Positions 13,866 to 27,479 of a stretch of 64,000 bases of DNA are shown here, piece by piece (position 1 is the first letter of the stretch; each line of letters begins with the position of its first letter). The notes beneath the pieces are model-generated. The model was not told the origin of the DNA, did no database searches, and worked only from the letters and a program-made list of their open reading frames with translations. Source of the DNA: Eledone cirrhosa (lineage: Eukaryota); assembly GCA_964016885.1 (NCBI GenBank), contig OZ024743.1:148304001-148368000 (forward strand). Reading direction: 5' to 3'. Both the position numbers and the translations under genes were made by a program.

Positions 13866-14237
13866 GTCTAATGGTAGCTAAGATGCTTCCATAGGTGGTA
13901 TGCCAGTTGAGCACTCTATGCTCCTACGGAGCAGAGTATGATAGAATGGAAAACGAAAAATCAGTGATGCATCGGAACTCAATTTATTGTGTGTTACAAT
14001 TGTTTCCCCGGCCAACAGCTCCAGGTGCGATCTGTATGTGGATTGACCTGACCGTAGACTCGCAGGTTCCTTGGGCACATCTATTGCTCCGAAATTAATA
14101 GACATGTCCGAGGAACCTGCGAGTCTAGGGTCAGGTCGATCCACACACAGATCGCACCTGGAGCTGTTCGCCGGGGAAACAATTGTAACACACAATAAAT
14201 TGAGTTCCGAGGCATCACTGATTTTTCGTTTTCCATT
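13866..14237. mobile_element. PLE-end element: tail + ~140-bp inverted repeat in (TA)n
   Basis: Arms 13944-14085 and 14097-14237 are highly similar. Contains a hammerhead variant and AATAAA, and ends TTTTCCATTA-(TA)n. Confidence 0.8.
14104..14191 (+). ncRNA. Hammerhead ribozyme variant (U4C core, extended stem II)
   Basis: atgt-CCGAGGA-a-CCTGCGA..~55 nt..TCGCCGG-g-GAA-ACAATTGT-A-acac, with palindromic stem III. Confidence 0.6.
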
Positions 14238-14419
14238 ATATATATATATATATATATATATCATCATCATCACCATTTAACGTTCACCTTCCATGCTAGC
14301 ATGGGTTAGACGGGTTGTCTCATTTGAGGCAGTTTTCTGGCTAGATTTCTACAGTTGGATGCCCTTCATCATCATTGTTTAATGTCCATTTTTTCACACT
14401 ACTATGGGTTAGATGAAGC

Positions 14420-14481
<62 letters not shown>

Positions 14482-15192
14482 CGTATGAGCGAGACACGCT
14501 CTCCCAACCATTCCTGCATCAAATGGAAGAAAACCGTTTAACCCATGCTAGCATGGAAGATGGACGTTAAACAATGATGATGTTGATACATTTATATATG
14601 GTATATTCAAATTTTATATTTTGTGGGTGAATGAACAAAGGATCACTCAATGCACATTTTAATTATTATCTAAACTGAATATATTTCCTTCTACTTATGA
14701 GCGACACTGATGTGATCTCGTATGAAGAGTGGAGTGGTGTCAAACTCAAGTAATGAGAAAGAAAATTCAGTTTAAATAATCTATCAATCTTCATATTTAT
14801 ATGTGTGTGTTAAGAGTTTAAATACATATATATATTTATGGACCCATAACATTTGATGAAGTTTTAGTAGTGCTGTTGTGCCATATGGCGTGTTGTGGGC
14901 ACTTTAAAACTAGTGGAATCAATCCTCTCTCCAACTCTGGACACAGCTAATTTGTACCAGAGAAGGAGAAAGAGAGTGTATGAGAGAGAGAAAGATAGTG
15001 TATGAGAGAGATAATCGACACCAGAACTCAACTATTATTTATTTATCAATCTAGAACAAATGAAAGGCAAAGTTGATGTCAGCAGGATTTGAATTCAGAG
15101 AGAGCAGGCAATTGGAGTTCATGCAGTAAAGAATTCTATCGAATGATCTAAAAACTCTGCCAATTTGTCTTTAATCGGTATATATATATATA

Positions 15193-15224
<32 letters not shown>

Positions 15225-17007
15225 CATGCATAAACCAAAATGTGTTTTCACTCATAACATGTTGGATACCTAAATGTATTTGTGAGTGACAAATGATAAT
15301 ATTATAATATGATAATATTATAGTATCATAATATTATATCATAATATTATTAATATTCAGTATGTTTGCAAGTAGACAACCTCATAAACACCATATGTGT
15401 TTTCTAGATGGCGAACGTCATCATTTTCTTCCAATGGTAGCTGAGAGAAAACAGTCAACAATGGTTTCGGAGTTTTTGCTCCTTATCGAGTCTGTGTATT
15501 CTCGTCACTATAATATTATTATTATTCACTCAGGAATACATTTATGTATCCACCATGTTAAGAGCGAAACCAAATTTTCTTGTCACAATCTATGTCAATT
15601 TTATTGTGTGGCCTTCATCAGTATGCCATATGATGTATATTTTAGCATTCACTAGTCTAGTAATTCCACATATCCATTCATTCGTAAAGTAAGCTGAATC
15701 GATGGAGTTTAAAAATAAATTCAGACACTGTGATATTTTTCAAGTGAGACATGCTTTAAAAAAAACTTAACTAGGGAATGAAATTAAACACATGAAATAA
15801 TGCCTGTGAAAATCAAAGTTTAAACATCAAAATATAAATAAGAACATTAATAAAATATGGAATTTTCATGGGTCCTACTAGTTAATATAAACCTAAAAGA
15901 TAAGATTTATAGTCCAGCAAACCCTAACTATTCTAACCAGTAAGAATCTTAATGTAACTATAAAAATGTATGAATTAGCAAACTATTCAGCCTATATCAG
16001 TATTTAAAAGTGTTATGTTAAAAAACATAAAATTTACTCTCAAAATTTGTGTCAAATAAAAGAAATTTGTCTTTCCTTAATAAATATATTTAAAGCCATT
16101 TTTCTTCTTAGACACTAAGAAAATTCTTCAGGAAAAAAATAGATATATATTCCAAAACATTCTTCCAAGACACATATTGGGCCTAAACTAGCAGCTGATA
16201 CCCACTTCCACATATGTGTCATGATGCTGTTGCAAGGATGGCAGGGGATAGCATGTTTATAAGGTGATAGGCAGAGGAGACAAGTGGATAGTTCTCTATA
16301 TTCTGCCATGGATAAACCTACGGGGAGGAGGAAGAAAAAGAGACTTAAAATTCCTTTGAGACTTGTAAAGAGGAAAAAAACTTTAAGAAAAATATATTGA
16401 GATTTTTCAGCAGGTTTTAATAAAAAGAAAAAAGACTAACACTTTAGAAGCATCTTCAGAGAATATGAAGTGGATGTTGTATTTTAAAAAAAATTGAAAA
16501 TAGAAAAAATAAGAAAAGATATTTTGAACTGAACTAGCAGCTGACATTTCTGATGTGTGTTATGATGTCATGTTGCTAAGCATGCTGGGCAAAAGAGATC
16601 AGAGAAGAATGTATTTAGAACAATTTTTCTTGTACAATGAAATAAATACTCTCTCACTTTTAAGATAAGGTTAATTTTAATTTACTTTCTCATAATTTGG
16701 GTTAAAACTTTTCCTAACAAAAAAATATATATATATATAATAATAGGGAATACTTTTTTCTTCATATCTTATTTAATTCTATTTACTCATTTATATTATT
16801 TTTAATATTTATTTTGTAGTTTCTCAGTTGTATATCTCTAAATTAATGATTGCTTGTGGGCAACTCTGTCAGAACTGCTAGCCTGAAGTAAGATGCCTAC
16901 TAGTTGAATCATTAAGTGTAGCACTATATGTCCATTACACCTTTCATAGAGTTATTCAGTAGCAAGGCCCGAATGAGAAGAAAAATAATCAAACCATAAC
17001 TAAACTT

Positions 17008-17238
17008 TAACCTTTTTGATTCAAAACTGCTTGAAACTGCACATTGATTCACGATACAAAAATACTTTCCATCATAATTGTATTTAAGAACCTTTATTCA
17101 GTTATATTTCAAACACTAGCTTAATAATAAGAAAGTTAGTTATATTACTAAATCTTTTCATTATTGTTTATTGTTTTCAAAATACATTTAAAATCATAGG
17201 CAATGCCTTGCATTAAAATATGTTAATAAAAGGGATAA
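17008..17238. mobile_element. TTAA-flanked MITE (piggyBac-like), degraded
   Basis: ttaaCCTTTTT...AAAAGGGataa; a homologous copy lies at ~24850-25098. Confidence 0.55.
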
Positions 17239-17261
17239 AAAATAAACAAAGGTTTATCAAC

Positions 17262-17313
<52 letters not shown>

Positions 17314-17535
17314 GTAAGTATGTATGTATGTATACGTACATACATATATGTATACAGACGTACAATAGTATGTATATATATACATACATGCACACATATA
17401 TATATATGCACGTATCGGTTTACCAAACATTTATTATAATGCTCGGTTTGTTTGTAAACAAACAAACAGCCCGAATTATGCCGTACAGTGTTTAGGCAAC
17501 CACGTCACCTTTTTGTTCAACACTGACACAGGAAT

Positions 17536-17574
17536 AATGTATTAATTTCAAGCTTATTAGCTATCGTCAGCATC
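17536..17574 (-). ncRNA. Minimal type I hammerhead ribozyme
   Basis: gatg-CTGACGA-tAGCTaataAGCTt-GAA-ATTAAT-A-catt. Confidence 0.8.
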
Positions 17575-17976
17575 GTATACCTTCCTGCCAGATGGTTGAA
17601 CATCTGAAAGTATATACTTTCCTTATGCATATTAACGGCTGAGCAACCTAATTTGCATATCGAGTGAGTTCAGTCGGCCGGGCGCACCGAAAACGATAAA
17701 TGGAATAGAATGAAACGAAATTTAATTTCTCACTCTTAGTACGGCACTTACTTAAATGTAAGTATGTATGTATGTATACGTACATACATATATGTACACA
17801 GACGTACAGTAGTATGTATATATATACATGCACAATATATATATGCACGTATCGGTTTACCGAACATTTATTATAATGTTCGGTTTGTTTGTTTGTAAAC
17901 AAACAAACAGCCCGAATTATGCCGTACAGTGTTTAGGCAACCACGTCACCTTTTTGTTCAACACTGACACAGGAAT

Positions 17977-18015
17977 AATGTATTAGTTTCAAGCTTATTA
18001 GCTATCGTCAGCATC
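17977..18015 (-). ncRNA. Minimal type I hammerhead ribozyme
   Basis: Same as 17536-17574, with stem III ACTAAT. Confidence 0.75.
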
Positions 18016-19021
18016 GTATACCTTCCTGCCAGATGGTTGAACATCTGAAAGTATATACTTTCCTTATGCATATTAACGGCTGAGCAACCTAATTTGCATA
18101 TCGAGTGAGTTCAGTCGGCCGGGCGCACCGAAAACGATAAATGGAATAGAATGAAACGAAATTTAATTTCTCACTCTTAGTACGGCACTTACTTAAATGT
18201 AAGTATGTATGTATGTATACGTACATACATATATGTACACAGACGTACAATAGTATGTATATATATACATACATGCACACATATATATATGCATGTATCG
18301 GTTTACCAAACATTTATTATAATGCTCGGTTTGTTTGTTTGTAAACAAACAAACAGCCCGAATTACGCCGTACAGTGTTTAGGCAACCACGTCACTGCAG
18401 TTTGTTTTGTTATTTTTGTTATTACTTTTACACACACAAACACACACACATATATATTTTATTCAAGGTAAAAAGGCAAAGGTTGATTAAGCTTGGCACG
18501 AGTTACATCGCAATTCATTTCACCAGCCAAGAGAACTGGGGCAATATGAAATACAATGTCTTGCATAAATACAAAACACACTCCATGGTCTGGGAATCGA
18601 ACTCACAATCATAGGATTGTAAATCCAATGTGATAACCGCTAAGCCTCATGCCTTGATATACACACAAGCACACACACACACATATATATATACTATAAA
18701 TTATGTCCATAGAATCATTTGATAAGATATATACACCATTTCCTCTCTCTCTATATATATATATAATGATGGCACATGGCTTAGTGGTGAGAGTGTTGGG
18801 CTTGCACTAATGAGATTGTGAGTTGATGCATTGTGAATTTGAGCAACACACTTATTTCCCATTGCTCCAGAGCTGTAGAAATGAGTTATGACGTCACTGG
18901 TGCCAAGCTATTTTTCCCTTTACTTTTCCCTTGAGAACATTGGTGGCATGGAGAGGGAAGACTTGTGATTCAAAGGGGAAGTTTCTAGGTGCAGATCCCA
19001 TGGTCAATTACCCTTTATATC

Positions 19022-19368
19022 ATCATCATTTTCATCATTTCATTTTTACGTCCGCTTTTTCCCTGCTTGCAAGGGTGGGACGGGAACTGATGCTGGCTTG
19101 ATTTCTACAGCTGGATGCCCTTCCTAACACCAACCTCATTTACAGTGAGTGCTGGGTGCTTTTTTGCCGTGGCACCTCGACGACCACTTTGCAGTGGAAT
19201 GATAGGGACCCCAGTCCCTGTCATCTCATTTCTACAGCTGAGTAAACTGGAGCAATGTGAAATAAAGTGTCTTGCTCAAGGAAACAACACATCACCCGGT
19301 CTGAGAATTGAACTCACAACCTTTCGATTGCAAGGCCAATGCTCTAACCACTAAGCCATGTGCCTCCA
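19022..19368 (-). mobile_element. tRNA-derived SINE (CORE/V-like centre, RTE-type 3' tail)
   Basis: A box TGGCTTAGTGG, B box GAGTTCAATTC, ccttgagcaagacactttatt centre, 3' cccttgcaagcagggaaaagcggacgtaaa(atg)n. Confidence 0.9.
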
Positions 19369-19503
19369 TATATATATATATATATATGTCTTGCTCATAC
19401 GGGAACTTGTAGAACGCAAGCCAGAATCAGTTCCCGTATGAGCAAGGCAAGGTCAGCCGAAGAACGGACGTGAAACAGTGATGATGATGATATATATATA
19501 TAT

Positions 19504-19707
19504 ATCATCATCATCATCATCATCATCATTTTACGTCCGCTTTTCCCTGCTTGCAAGGGTGGGACGGGTCTTATTCAGCACAGCATCTCTCCACTCGTCA
19601 CGGTCCCTCGTCATCTCCACCGTGAGCTTCAATGATCTGAGGTCTGTTCTCACCACCTCCGCCCATGTTTTTCGTGGTCTACTTCTACCACGTCTTCCTT
19701 CAACTGG

Positions 19708-19710
<3 letters not shown>
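19504..19710 (-). mobile_element. RTE LINE 3' end
   Basis: VEGRRGRSRPRKTWAEVVRTDL..RDRDEWR followed by an (ATG)n tail; the last ~40 nt match the SINE tail. Confidence 0.9.
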
Positions 19711-19748
<38 letters not shown>

Positions 19749-20897
19749 TTGCAAAGGACTGAGCTGACTGGCAAGATGGCTTTATAAAAGACCCATCCAT
19801 TAGTACAAACACTGTGATAGTAAAGTTAAATGTGAGAAAATACCAGATGCTGCAACCAGTACACTTTGTAAGGAGGTTAGCATTGATTAAAGCATCCAGC
19901 TATATAATCTCTTTCAAATATGGAACATATGAGCATGGTGGTGATTCTAAAGTGGGACATGAACATAAAATGATGATAATGATAATGGAGATGGTGATGA
20001 TGATGAAGATGATAAAAATGACGATGGTATGCATAAATGCATCTATCACTCTATTTCATATATATGCTACCTTCATTTACACTAACTGACTGTATTATAT
20101 CATACATGGAAATTGTCACATTTTCTCAGTTTCTCTGAATGCATGCATCTCTCTCTCCTTCTTTGCAGTACTTCCTTCCTTAATCTCATCTGGGTGCATG
20201 GTCATATGATAAAATTAACATAACAATTAGAAGATTCTAGTTTCAATCCCACAATGCAGCATGTCTTCTAACATGACTTAAATTCAAGCCTTGTAGGTTA
20301 GACAAAATTATGTACATACACAAATTCATGTGTATAATTGTATATAGCAAAAAAATAACTTCTAGTGCTCAGGGGATGAAGAAGCATCTATGTGGTCACT
20401 TTATTTGCTGGAAATAACAGGTATATTTCCTTCCAATCACACCAAACTATGTGAGGGTATCTGAGATATGCACCCTATATTCTCTAATAAATGGAGTAGT
20501 CATGGCGAGAATAATTTTGATTAGAGATCTGGTGCTAAAGAACTATAAAAAAATTACTTTAAGAGGTTTTCTTCCTCTAAAAGAGCAGAATTGAATATTT
20601 TAAAAGATTGAAAATTGTAAAGAAAGAATTGATAAAATATAACAAATTATTTTTTTATAATTCTGCTTTTGTTTAATGAAGAAATTTAATTGTTAATTAG
20701 TGATTAATGAGGGCAAAAAGAGCAGAGTTCATTTAAAAACATCAACATTTCAGTCCTTAAAACATGGAAAAATTTATTTCAAGATAAAATTAAAACTTCT
20801 CTGCACATGATTGTGTGTATTTATATTTCCACATGTTCGTATGTAATATACACAAAGGCATGCATGCGCACACACACACATACACACACACACTCAC

Positions 20898-20937
<40 letters not shown>

Positions 20938-21750
20938 AGAGGATTTCAGAAGAAGAACAGAAGAGAACTACAGTTAAATAAAGTACTTAATATAGGAATA
21001 GAGAAGGTACATACATATGATATAAAAACACTTTTAAACAAATGATTTCAAATGATTGAACTGATTCTAGTCCTGTAGAAATCCTTTCTATATCACACAC
21101 AGATATACACACATATCTCTCTCTCTCTATCAATATATATATATATGTGTGTCTGTGTGTGTGTATATACATATAAATATATATATATCAACTCTACTTA
21201 GGAGAGGAAATTTAACATCCTAGGTAGAATTACATATTATTAAATATAAAGACTGAATTGGTCTCAAAGTGTTGACTCAAAGACAAATCCAACTACAGAC
21301 AATTTAAAACCCTACATCACTGATCAGCAGCAAAAAAAAAAAAAGAAATGTTTTACAAAAAATATTTTATATCAATATTTTAGAAAATCATCTCATAAAA
21401 CCCGTTACCAAAAAACCTTTAATTCCGCCGTAATAACATTTACATTCACCTATATAATTTTTTTTTTATTTACTCACATATTCAATATATACTACATACA
21501 TTTCTTTTAATACATATATTGTCATTATTCATATTTTATATGTATTTCTTTTCATAATCATTATATAAGTTGCATGTATTATGTATAATATATGCATGTA
21601 AACAGCGATGTTCTAATATACAATATATAGCGTTGTTCATACATATTTATTCTTTAATACATAAAAACATTATCTACCCACATACACACATTTACACAAA
21701 TACACACATACACAGGGGCATGCATGGGTGTATGTGTGTTCATCTATATA

Positions 21751-21793
<43 letters not shown>

Positions 21794-22348
21794 ATGCATT
21801 TTGTATTGTGTGTGTGTAGAATATATTGTATGTATTAAGTATTTTTATATATTATATCTCATATTTTATAGGTATATCCTTTGCCCTTTTTATTTATTTT
21901 ATTATTATATAATTATATTTAAATGATTTCATTATTTTTTCATAGCCTGTAAGAATGTATGGTTATGTATGTGTGTGAGTATGCATGTTTGTGTGTGTAT
22001 GTGTTGATGAATATATATGTGCACATGTGTTTGCAGATGTACAAATATATATATAACAAGTACACAGACATATAGTGGTTGGTACTGGTTTATGAGTGGA
22101 TACCGTATGAGTGATGACATGAGGAGAGATAAATTTTTCAGGAATGTTTCAGTGGTAATGACACATAGCCCACCAGCTCTCAGGGGTAAAGGCAAGTTTA
22201 ATGAATTTTAGAATAGATTAGATTATATGAAGGACAAAATACCTATGTTGTTGCTACTGTGATGTCCTGAGTTAAAATCCCATCAAAGTCAGCTTTGCTT
22301 TTTATTGTTAAGGTTCCAAAAGTAATAGCTGTAAACTGGTATCAATAT

Positions 22349-22860
22349 ACGGAAAAAATGAAACGAAATTTCATTTCCCACTCTTAGTACGGTTGTTACT
22401 TAAATATAAGTATGTATACGTATATACATATATGTATACAGACGTACAGTAGTATGTATATATATATACATACATGCACACATATATATATGTACGTATG
22501 GATTCACCAAACATTTATTATAATGCTCGGTGTGTTTGTAAACAAACATCCCGTATTAAGCCGTAGTGTCTAGCAACCACCGTTGCTCGTTTGTTCAACA
22601 CTGACAAAGGAACGCTGTACTAGTTTCAAGCTTGTTAGCTATCGTCAGCAACGTATACTTTCCTGCCAGATAGTTGAACGTCCGAAAGTATATACTTTCC
22701 TTATGCATATTAACGGCTGAGTAGCCCAATTTGCATATCGAGTGGGTTAATCAGCCGGGTGCAGCGAAAACGATAAACGGAAAAAATGAAACGAAATTTC
22801 ATTTCCCACTCTTAGTACGGCTGTTACTTAAATATATGTATGTATACGTACATACATATA
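22349..22860 (-). mobile_element. Second copy of hammerhead repeat family (~1.2 units) with target-site duplication
   Basis: Homologous to 17310-18395, period ~428. TGGTATCAATAT(A) is duplicated at 22337 and 22861. Confidence 0.85.
22613..22653 (-). ncRNA. Minimal type I hammerhead ribozyme (canonical core)
   Basis: CGTTG-CTGACGA-tAGCTaacaAGCTt-GAA-ACTAGT-A-CAGCG, with a 5-bp stem I and palindromic stem III. Confidence 0.88.
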
Positions 22861-23539
22861 TGGTATCAATATAATCACATACTTATTCCCTAGTTTTGAG
22901 GTCTTTTGCCACCGTTAGAAATTAATATCTTGTTATAGGCTCATGGCCTTATGGTTAGTGTGCTGGACTCACAATCATAAAACCATGGATTTGAATCCTG
23001 TATTATGCACCACATTGTGTTCTTGAGGAAATTATGTTATTTCTTATTGCTTATTCTGTCAGGGGTTATGATTAACAAATATTATCAGCAAAGGAAAAAG
23101 AACAGACCCACTTGTAACTCGAACCGATCTGATCTGATGAGCAGCTCATTCTTTTACTAGAATAGGTATACTATATCCTTGCAGGTCATAATAGCTGACA
23201 TAAATGGTTTGCACTAAGAAAGATATTCAGCCATTAAACATTGCATCAAAAACATTTCATGATGAGTAGGAGGCCTGTCGTGCGACCTGCAAGGCTTTAG
23301 CAGGGAAATAGCCTTAAAACACTTGTGTTGTTGTGGTGAAGACATAGCAGAACATTTGATGTTTAGTTTCATGACTCTACATTTTGTGTATACAGCTTAG
23401 TAGAGCTGATTTTGAGTTTTCATTCACTCCAGATAAAATAAATACCTGTTATATACTGGGAATTACAATGTCTACAATATACTAACCTAAAACATCTTAC
23501 CCTTTTTTATAGTAAAAAAATAGTTTCCAAGCAATTCAC

Positions 23540-23945
23540 TTTTTCTCTCTTTCATCCCCTTTCCTTATTTCACCCAATTTCTCGCTCTTTCTGTCACACA
23601 CTCTCTCCTTTTTTCCCTTTCACCCAGTTCTGTTCTCCTTTCACATAGTTACTCTTTCTTTCTTCCCTCTCCCTTTTAACACAGTTCTTCCCTTTTTATT
23701 TTTCACTCTTTTACACAGACTCTCTCCTTTACACAGTTTCCTCTTTTTCCCCCTTCCTTTTCTCCTTTTCTATCACACAGTTTCTCTCCTTCTCCCTTGA
23801 CTTTCTTTCTTACACTCTTACACCTTCTCTCCTTCTTCCCCCTTCCGCCTTCAGAGAGTTTCTCTTCTTTTCCTCTCCTCCACTTTTACACTAATTTTCT
23901 CCTCTCATTTTTCCTTCCCCATGCCTCCTTTCTTTTTCTCTCTCT
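23540..23945. repeat. Pyrimidine-rich low-complexity tract
   Basis: CT-rich, with a recurrent acacag subunit. Confidence 0.8.
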
Positions 23946-25098
23946 AAATCTGTTCTAATTAGAAGCATTGCACTGAAAGAGGGAATGGTCAGGTGGGGGT
24001 AGACATACAATGGGTTTGGGTATAGGTACGGGATGAATGTGGAGTGTGGAGAAGTATTAAACATGGAGCAAACTAATTCTCGGCAGTTGCCTTGCAGCTG
24101 CTCCGTAATTCATAGATGTATGCATGCATTTATATGTATATATGTTGTATATGTATAGTATGTATACGGTATATACATATATGGTATATATATACTGATG
24201 TGTTTGTATCCATATTGTGTTGTTTTTGTTTAGCCTCAGGTCAGTTCTGGTTGAGCAGATCTATGATCAAATATATTACAACCATGACCATCTGATGTTT
24301 ACGTATATTTCAGATTATATTAACCAATATCTACTTTCTTTTTTAAGAGGATAAACTGCTATTTTTAGCATGCCAAATGATCCCAGTGAAGCTTCCTGGT
24401 AAATTTATGTGTATATTTATGGGTACATATGTGCATGTATACGTATGAAAGAATGAGTAAGTAAGTATGCTGCATACACGTGTTTGTTGGCATAAGTATG
24501 TTTATTTTTTTCTTATCACATAGTCATGAGGAGGGGCAGTTCCCATGATCCTTTATGTTTTCAGGACTTCTGAGGCTAGTAGGTGGAAGAGGAAGGTATC
24601 AAGCCAAAGACTGGCCTGAATGCTTGCAAAAGAATCAAGTTTATTAAAGTCATCCATAGAGCAGATGATGGTATCAAATACTACTGCAAAACATTTTGTC
24701 CTGTGTTCTAATGATTTCAACAACTCTCTTTTCTAGATTGGTACTTTATTTATTAACCCTGACAGGATGACATGCAATGAAAATCAACCTTTATGTTGTA
24801 TAGAAAAATGTAAGGCAAGTTTACAAATGTATGTTTTTGTTTTAATACTAAACTGCCTGAAGCCTTCCATGGTTCTACAATACAAAACACTTTCTTTTAA
24901 ATTGTTCCTATTTATCTATAAATCTTCTGTTACAATTTTATGTGGGAATATTGATTAAATTATGTTCCAAATACCAACTTAATAATGAGAAAGTTAGTTA
25001 TACTACTAAACCCCTTCCAAATTTTTGATTATTTTCAAAAATGATTTGAAAATCATAAGCAGTACATTTTATAACAAAAATGGTAATCAATGAGTTAA

Positions 25099-25312
25099 TC
25101 CTTTAACATTTGTATTACTTTACATTTACAAGTGTATTTTCATGGTAAAGGCTTTACCTCACATAACTATCGCACATAATATCGAATCTGAGATTTTGAT
25201 ATTATTTATTTGGAGAACAATACCTTAAAATCAGTATGAGCAGCCAATTACAGCTAGTTTGAACAGAAAGAGGTGAGAGAATTGTGGCTGGATTCAGCCA
25301 GTTTAAATGCTC
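25099..25312 (-). mobile_element. piggyBac-like MITE (same family as 28969-29191)
   Basis: Reverse-complement homology; begins after TTAA 25095-25098. Confidence 0.65.
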
Positions 25313-27479
25313 TTTTGCAAGAAAAGAGTGATTGGTTTGAGTACTTTCAACATTTGTTGCTGTGTTATCAATGATCAAATACCCCTTTCCCTGACTACAG
25401 AGATAATATTAGTTTATAGATATTTATTGTACACAATCTCAGATTATATTTTACTGGTGTTTATTTTATGACCCTCCAGGACGATGAAAATGAAAATCAA
25501 TCCCAGTGAGATTTTAATTTAAAACATTGGGAGGTCATGACTAAGTATTCCAAGGTATTCTGTTTGATCTCTTATTAATCATACCATACCTCTGAGATTA
25601 GTACAAGACCATTTGATTGATAAAGGTGGCAATCAATAGTGAAATTTGAACTCAGTATCTCATTATGCACAACATATCCAAATTACTACTGCTATTTCTT
25701 TACCCCTTCCTTATAAATGATACTACTATACTAATAAGGGTTAAACATTGGCTGTTATGATGAGGACAAGGATGATAAAGACAATAACAATAACAACAAC
25801 AAGAAAAGTGAGAAAAAGGGCAGGAGTGCTATAATGCAATGCAACATTTATAACGGTGTGCACTGAACAGCAAGACTTGAATAAACTGACAGACAATGAT
25901 TACATTGACTTTTATGATAAGTGAAGTAAAATAAATTACAAAGAATTACATAAGATGCTTCCACAATGTTCTCTTACGGTATCTGTGATAAATAAGTGTT
26001 CTGGAAACATCTATAAAATGTCACCTACAATATACAAACACATTCAACATTGGTGGCGTTGATGTAAAAAAGGAATAAAATAAAATAAAATAAAATAAAA
26101 TAAAAAATACAGAAAAATAACAGAAGCTAATGCTGATAAACTGAACTCAGGAACTGAGGCACTATGGAAGCAACTGGCTATAGAAAGATGTGAGAAAAGT
26201 TGGAAAATAAAGAAATGTCTAATTTAAAACTTGACAGTTATTATATAAAGTGATTGGTATTAAAGCTTATATTACATTTGTGTATTCTCGTGTATGTATG
26301 TGCATATGTGTGTATGTATCAATGTATGTATGTATGCATGTGTGTGTGCATCTGTGTATGTGCGCGCATGCATACTTCTAAGTGTGTTATGTGGTTTCTG
26401 TTGATTTTTTTAAAATTTCCATGATTTATGTAATATTGAGATCTTATACATAAACATGGGGCTGAATTTTATCAAGGAGGGACAAGTTTAATTGAATGTC
26501 TCTCAGAAGGGTAACATGCTCAGTTGATCTAGGAAGGATTTGAACTCCTTAAACAAATGAAATGAAAATAATGTAATACATTTAACCTCAAAACTGTTTG
26601 CAAATGAGGATCAGCTAGAAACATCAGCTAAATCTCCTGCAAGAGTCATGACAGATTTCTCCATTTTGAATCATGTTCATCCTGGTTCTTTTTATGAGAA
26701 GCTATTGAAAAGTCGAATGCCTTTCCTGTTGCCAAACCTTTTAGCCTTCTTTTATGGCATGAAAGATTATGGTGCACCTATTCCAACAACAGGATATGTA
26801 TAGTTCATTTCTAGATATACACAGCCAGGAATATAAATGGGGTAGTCATTACTGGAATGGCTTTAATCATAAATTTGCACTTTCAGAGATTAGTTAAGGG
26901 TAAAGAGCAACAGTGAAACAAATTGTCTTGAAACTTATCCTTTCCTAATTTATTCAATAATTGTCATGACCTTGTGAACATTTGATTACAAGGGTCGGTA
27001 TCTTATCAGTGGCTTATATTTCTTATTAAGTAATAAAATTATACTATGATGTTGTTATTGCTTAGACCAATCTCTGTTTGGATCAAGCCATAACCACCAT
27101 TTTTTTTTACTTTGTTGAAGTAATCAATTATCGATTATTTAAGATAGTAAAATGCAATATAAAGGTGATTTGGCTATTATTTGTAGCAAGCAAAGCAATC
27201 AGGGAGAGACTCACTCAGTTGTTTGGTTAGTAAGAACTATGTGAATGGGATTAAGAGTATTTTTCCAGGATCTATTTTTCTATCACATTAAAACTGTTAA
27301 AAACAGATTTTGTCTTTGATTTGTGTGTGGGTGGGTGTGTGTGTGGGTAATCCCTCTTTATATAAATATCACACATATGACAGTTGTAAACCCATCCTCC
27401 ATGATAACTTCTAACAACCATTTGGTTGTTTTCATAGGTGGGTGGATCTTCTCCAGTATAGCACATTGCAGTCAGCATC

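Larger units (their letters stand above)
17310..18395 (-). repeat. Tandem ~441-bp hammerhead-containing repeat (retrozyme/pLTR-like), ~2.5 units
   Basis: Near-identical units start at ~17310, 17754 and 18195, with one hammerhead per full unit. The array abuts (TA)n. Confidence 0.9.

Noticed and set aside
22017-22211. 64-aa ORF as host exon
   Set aside because: No recognisable motif, and it starts in a microsatellite.
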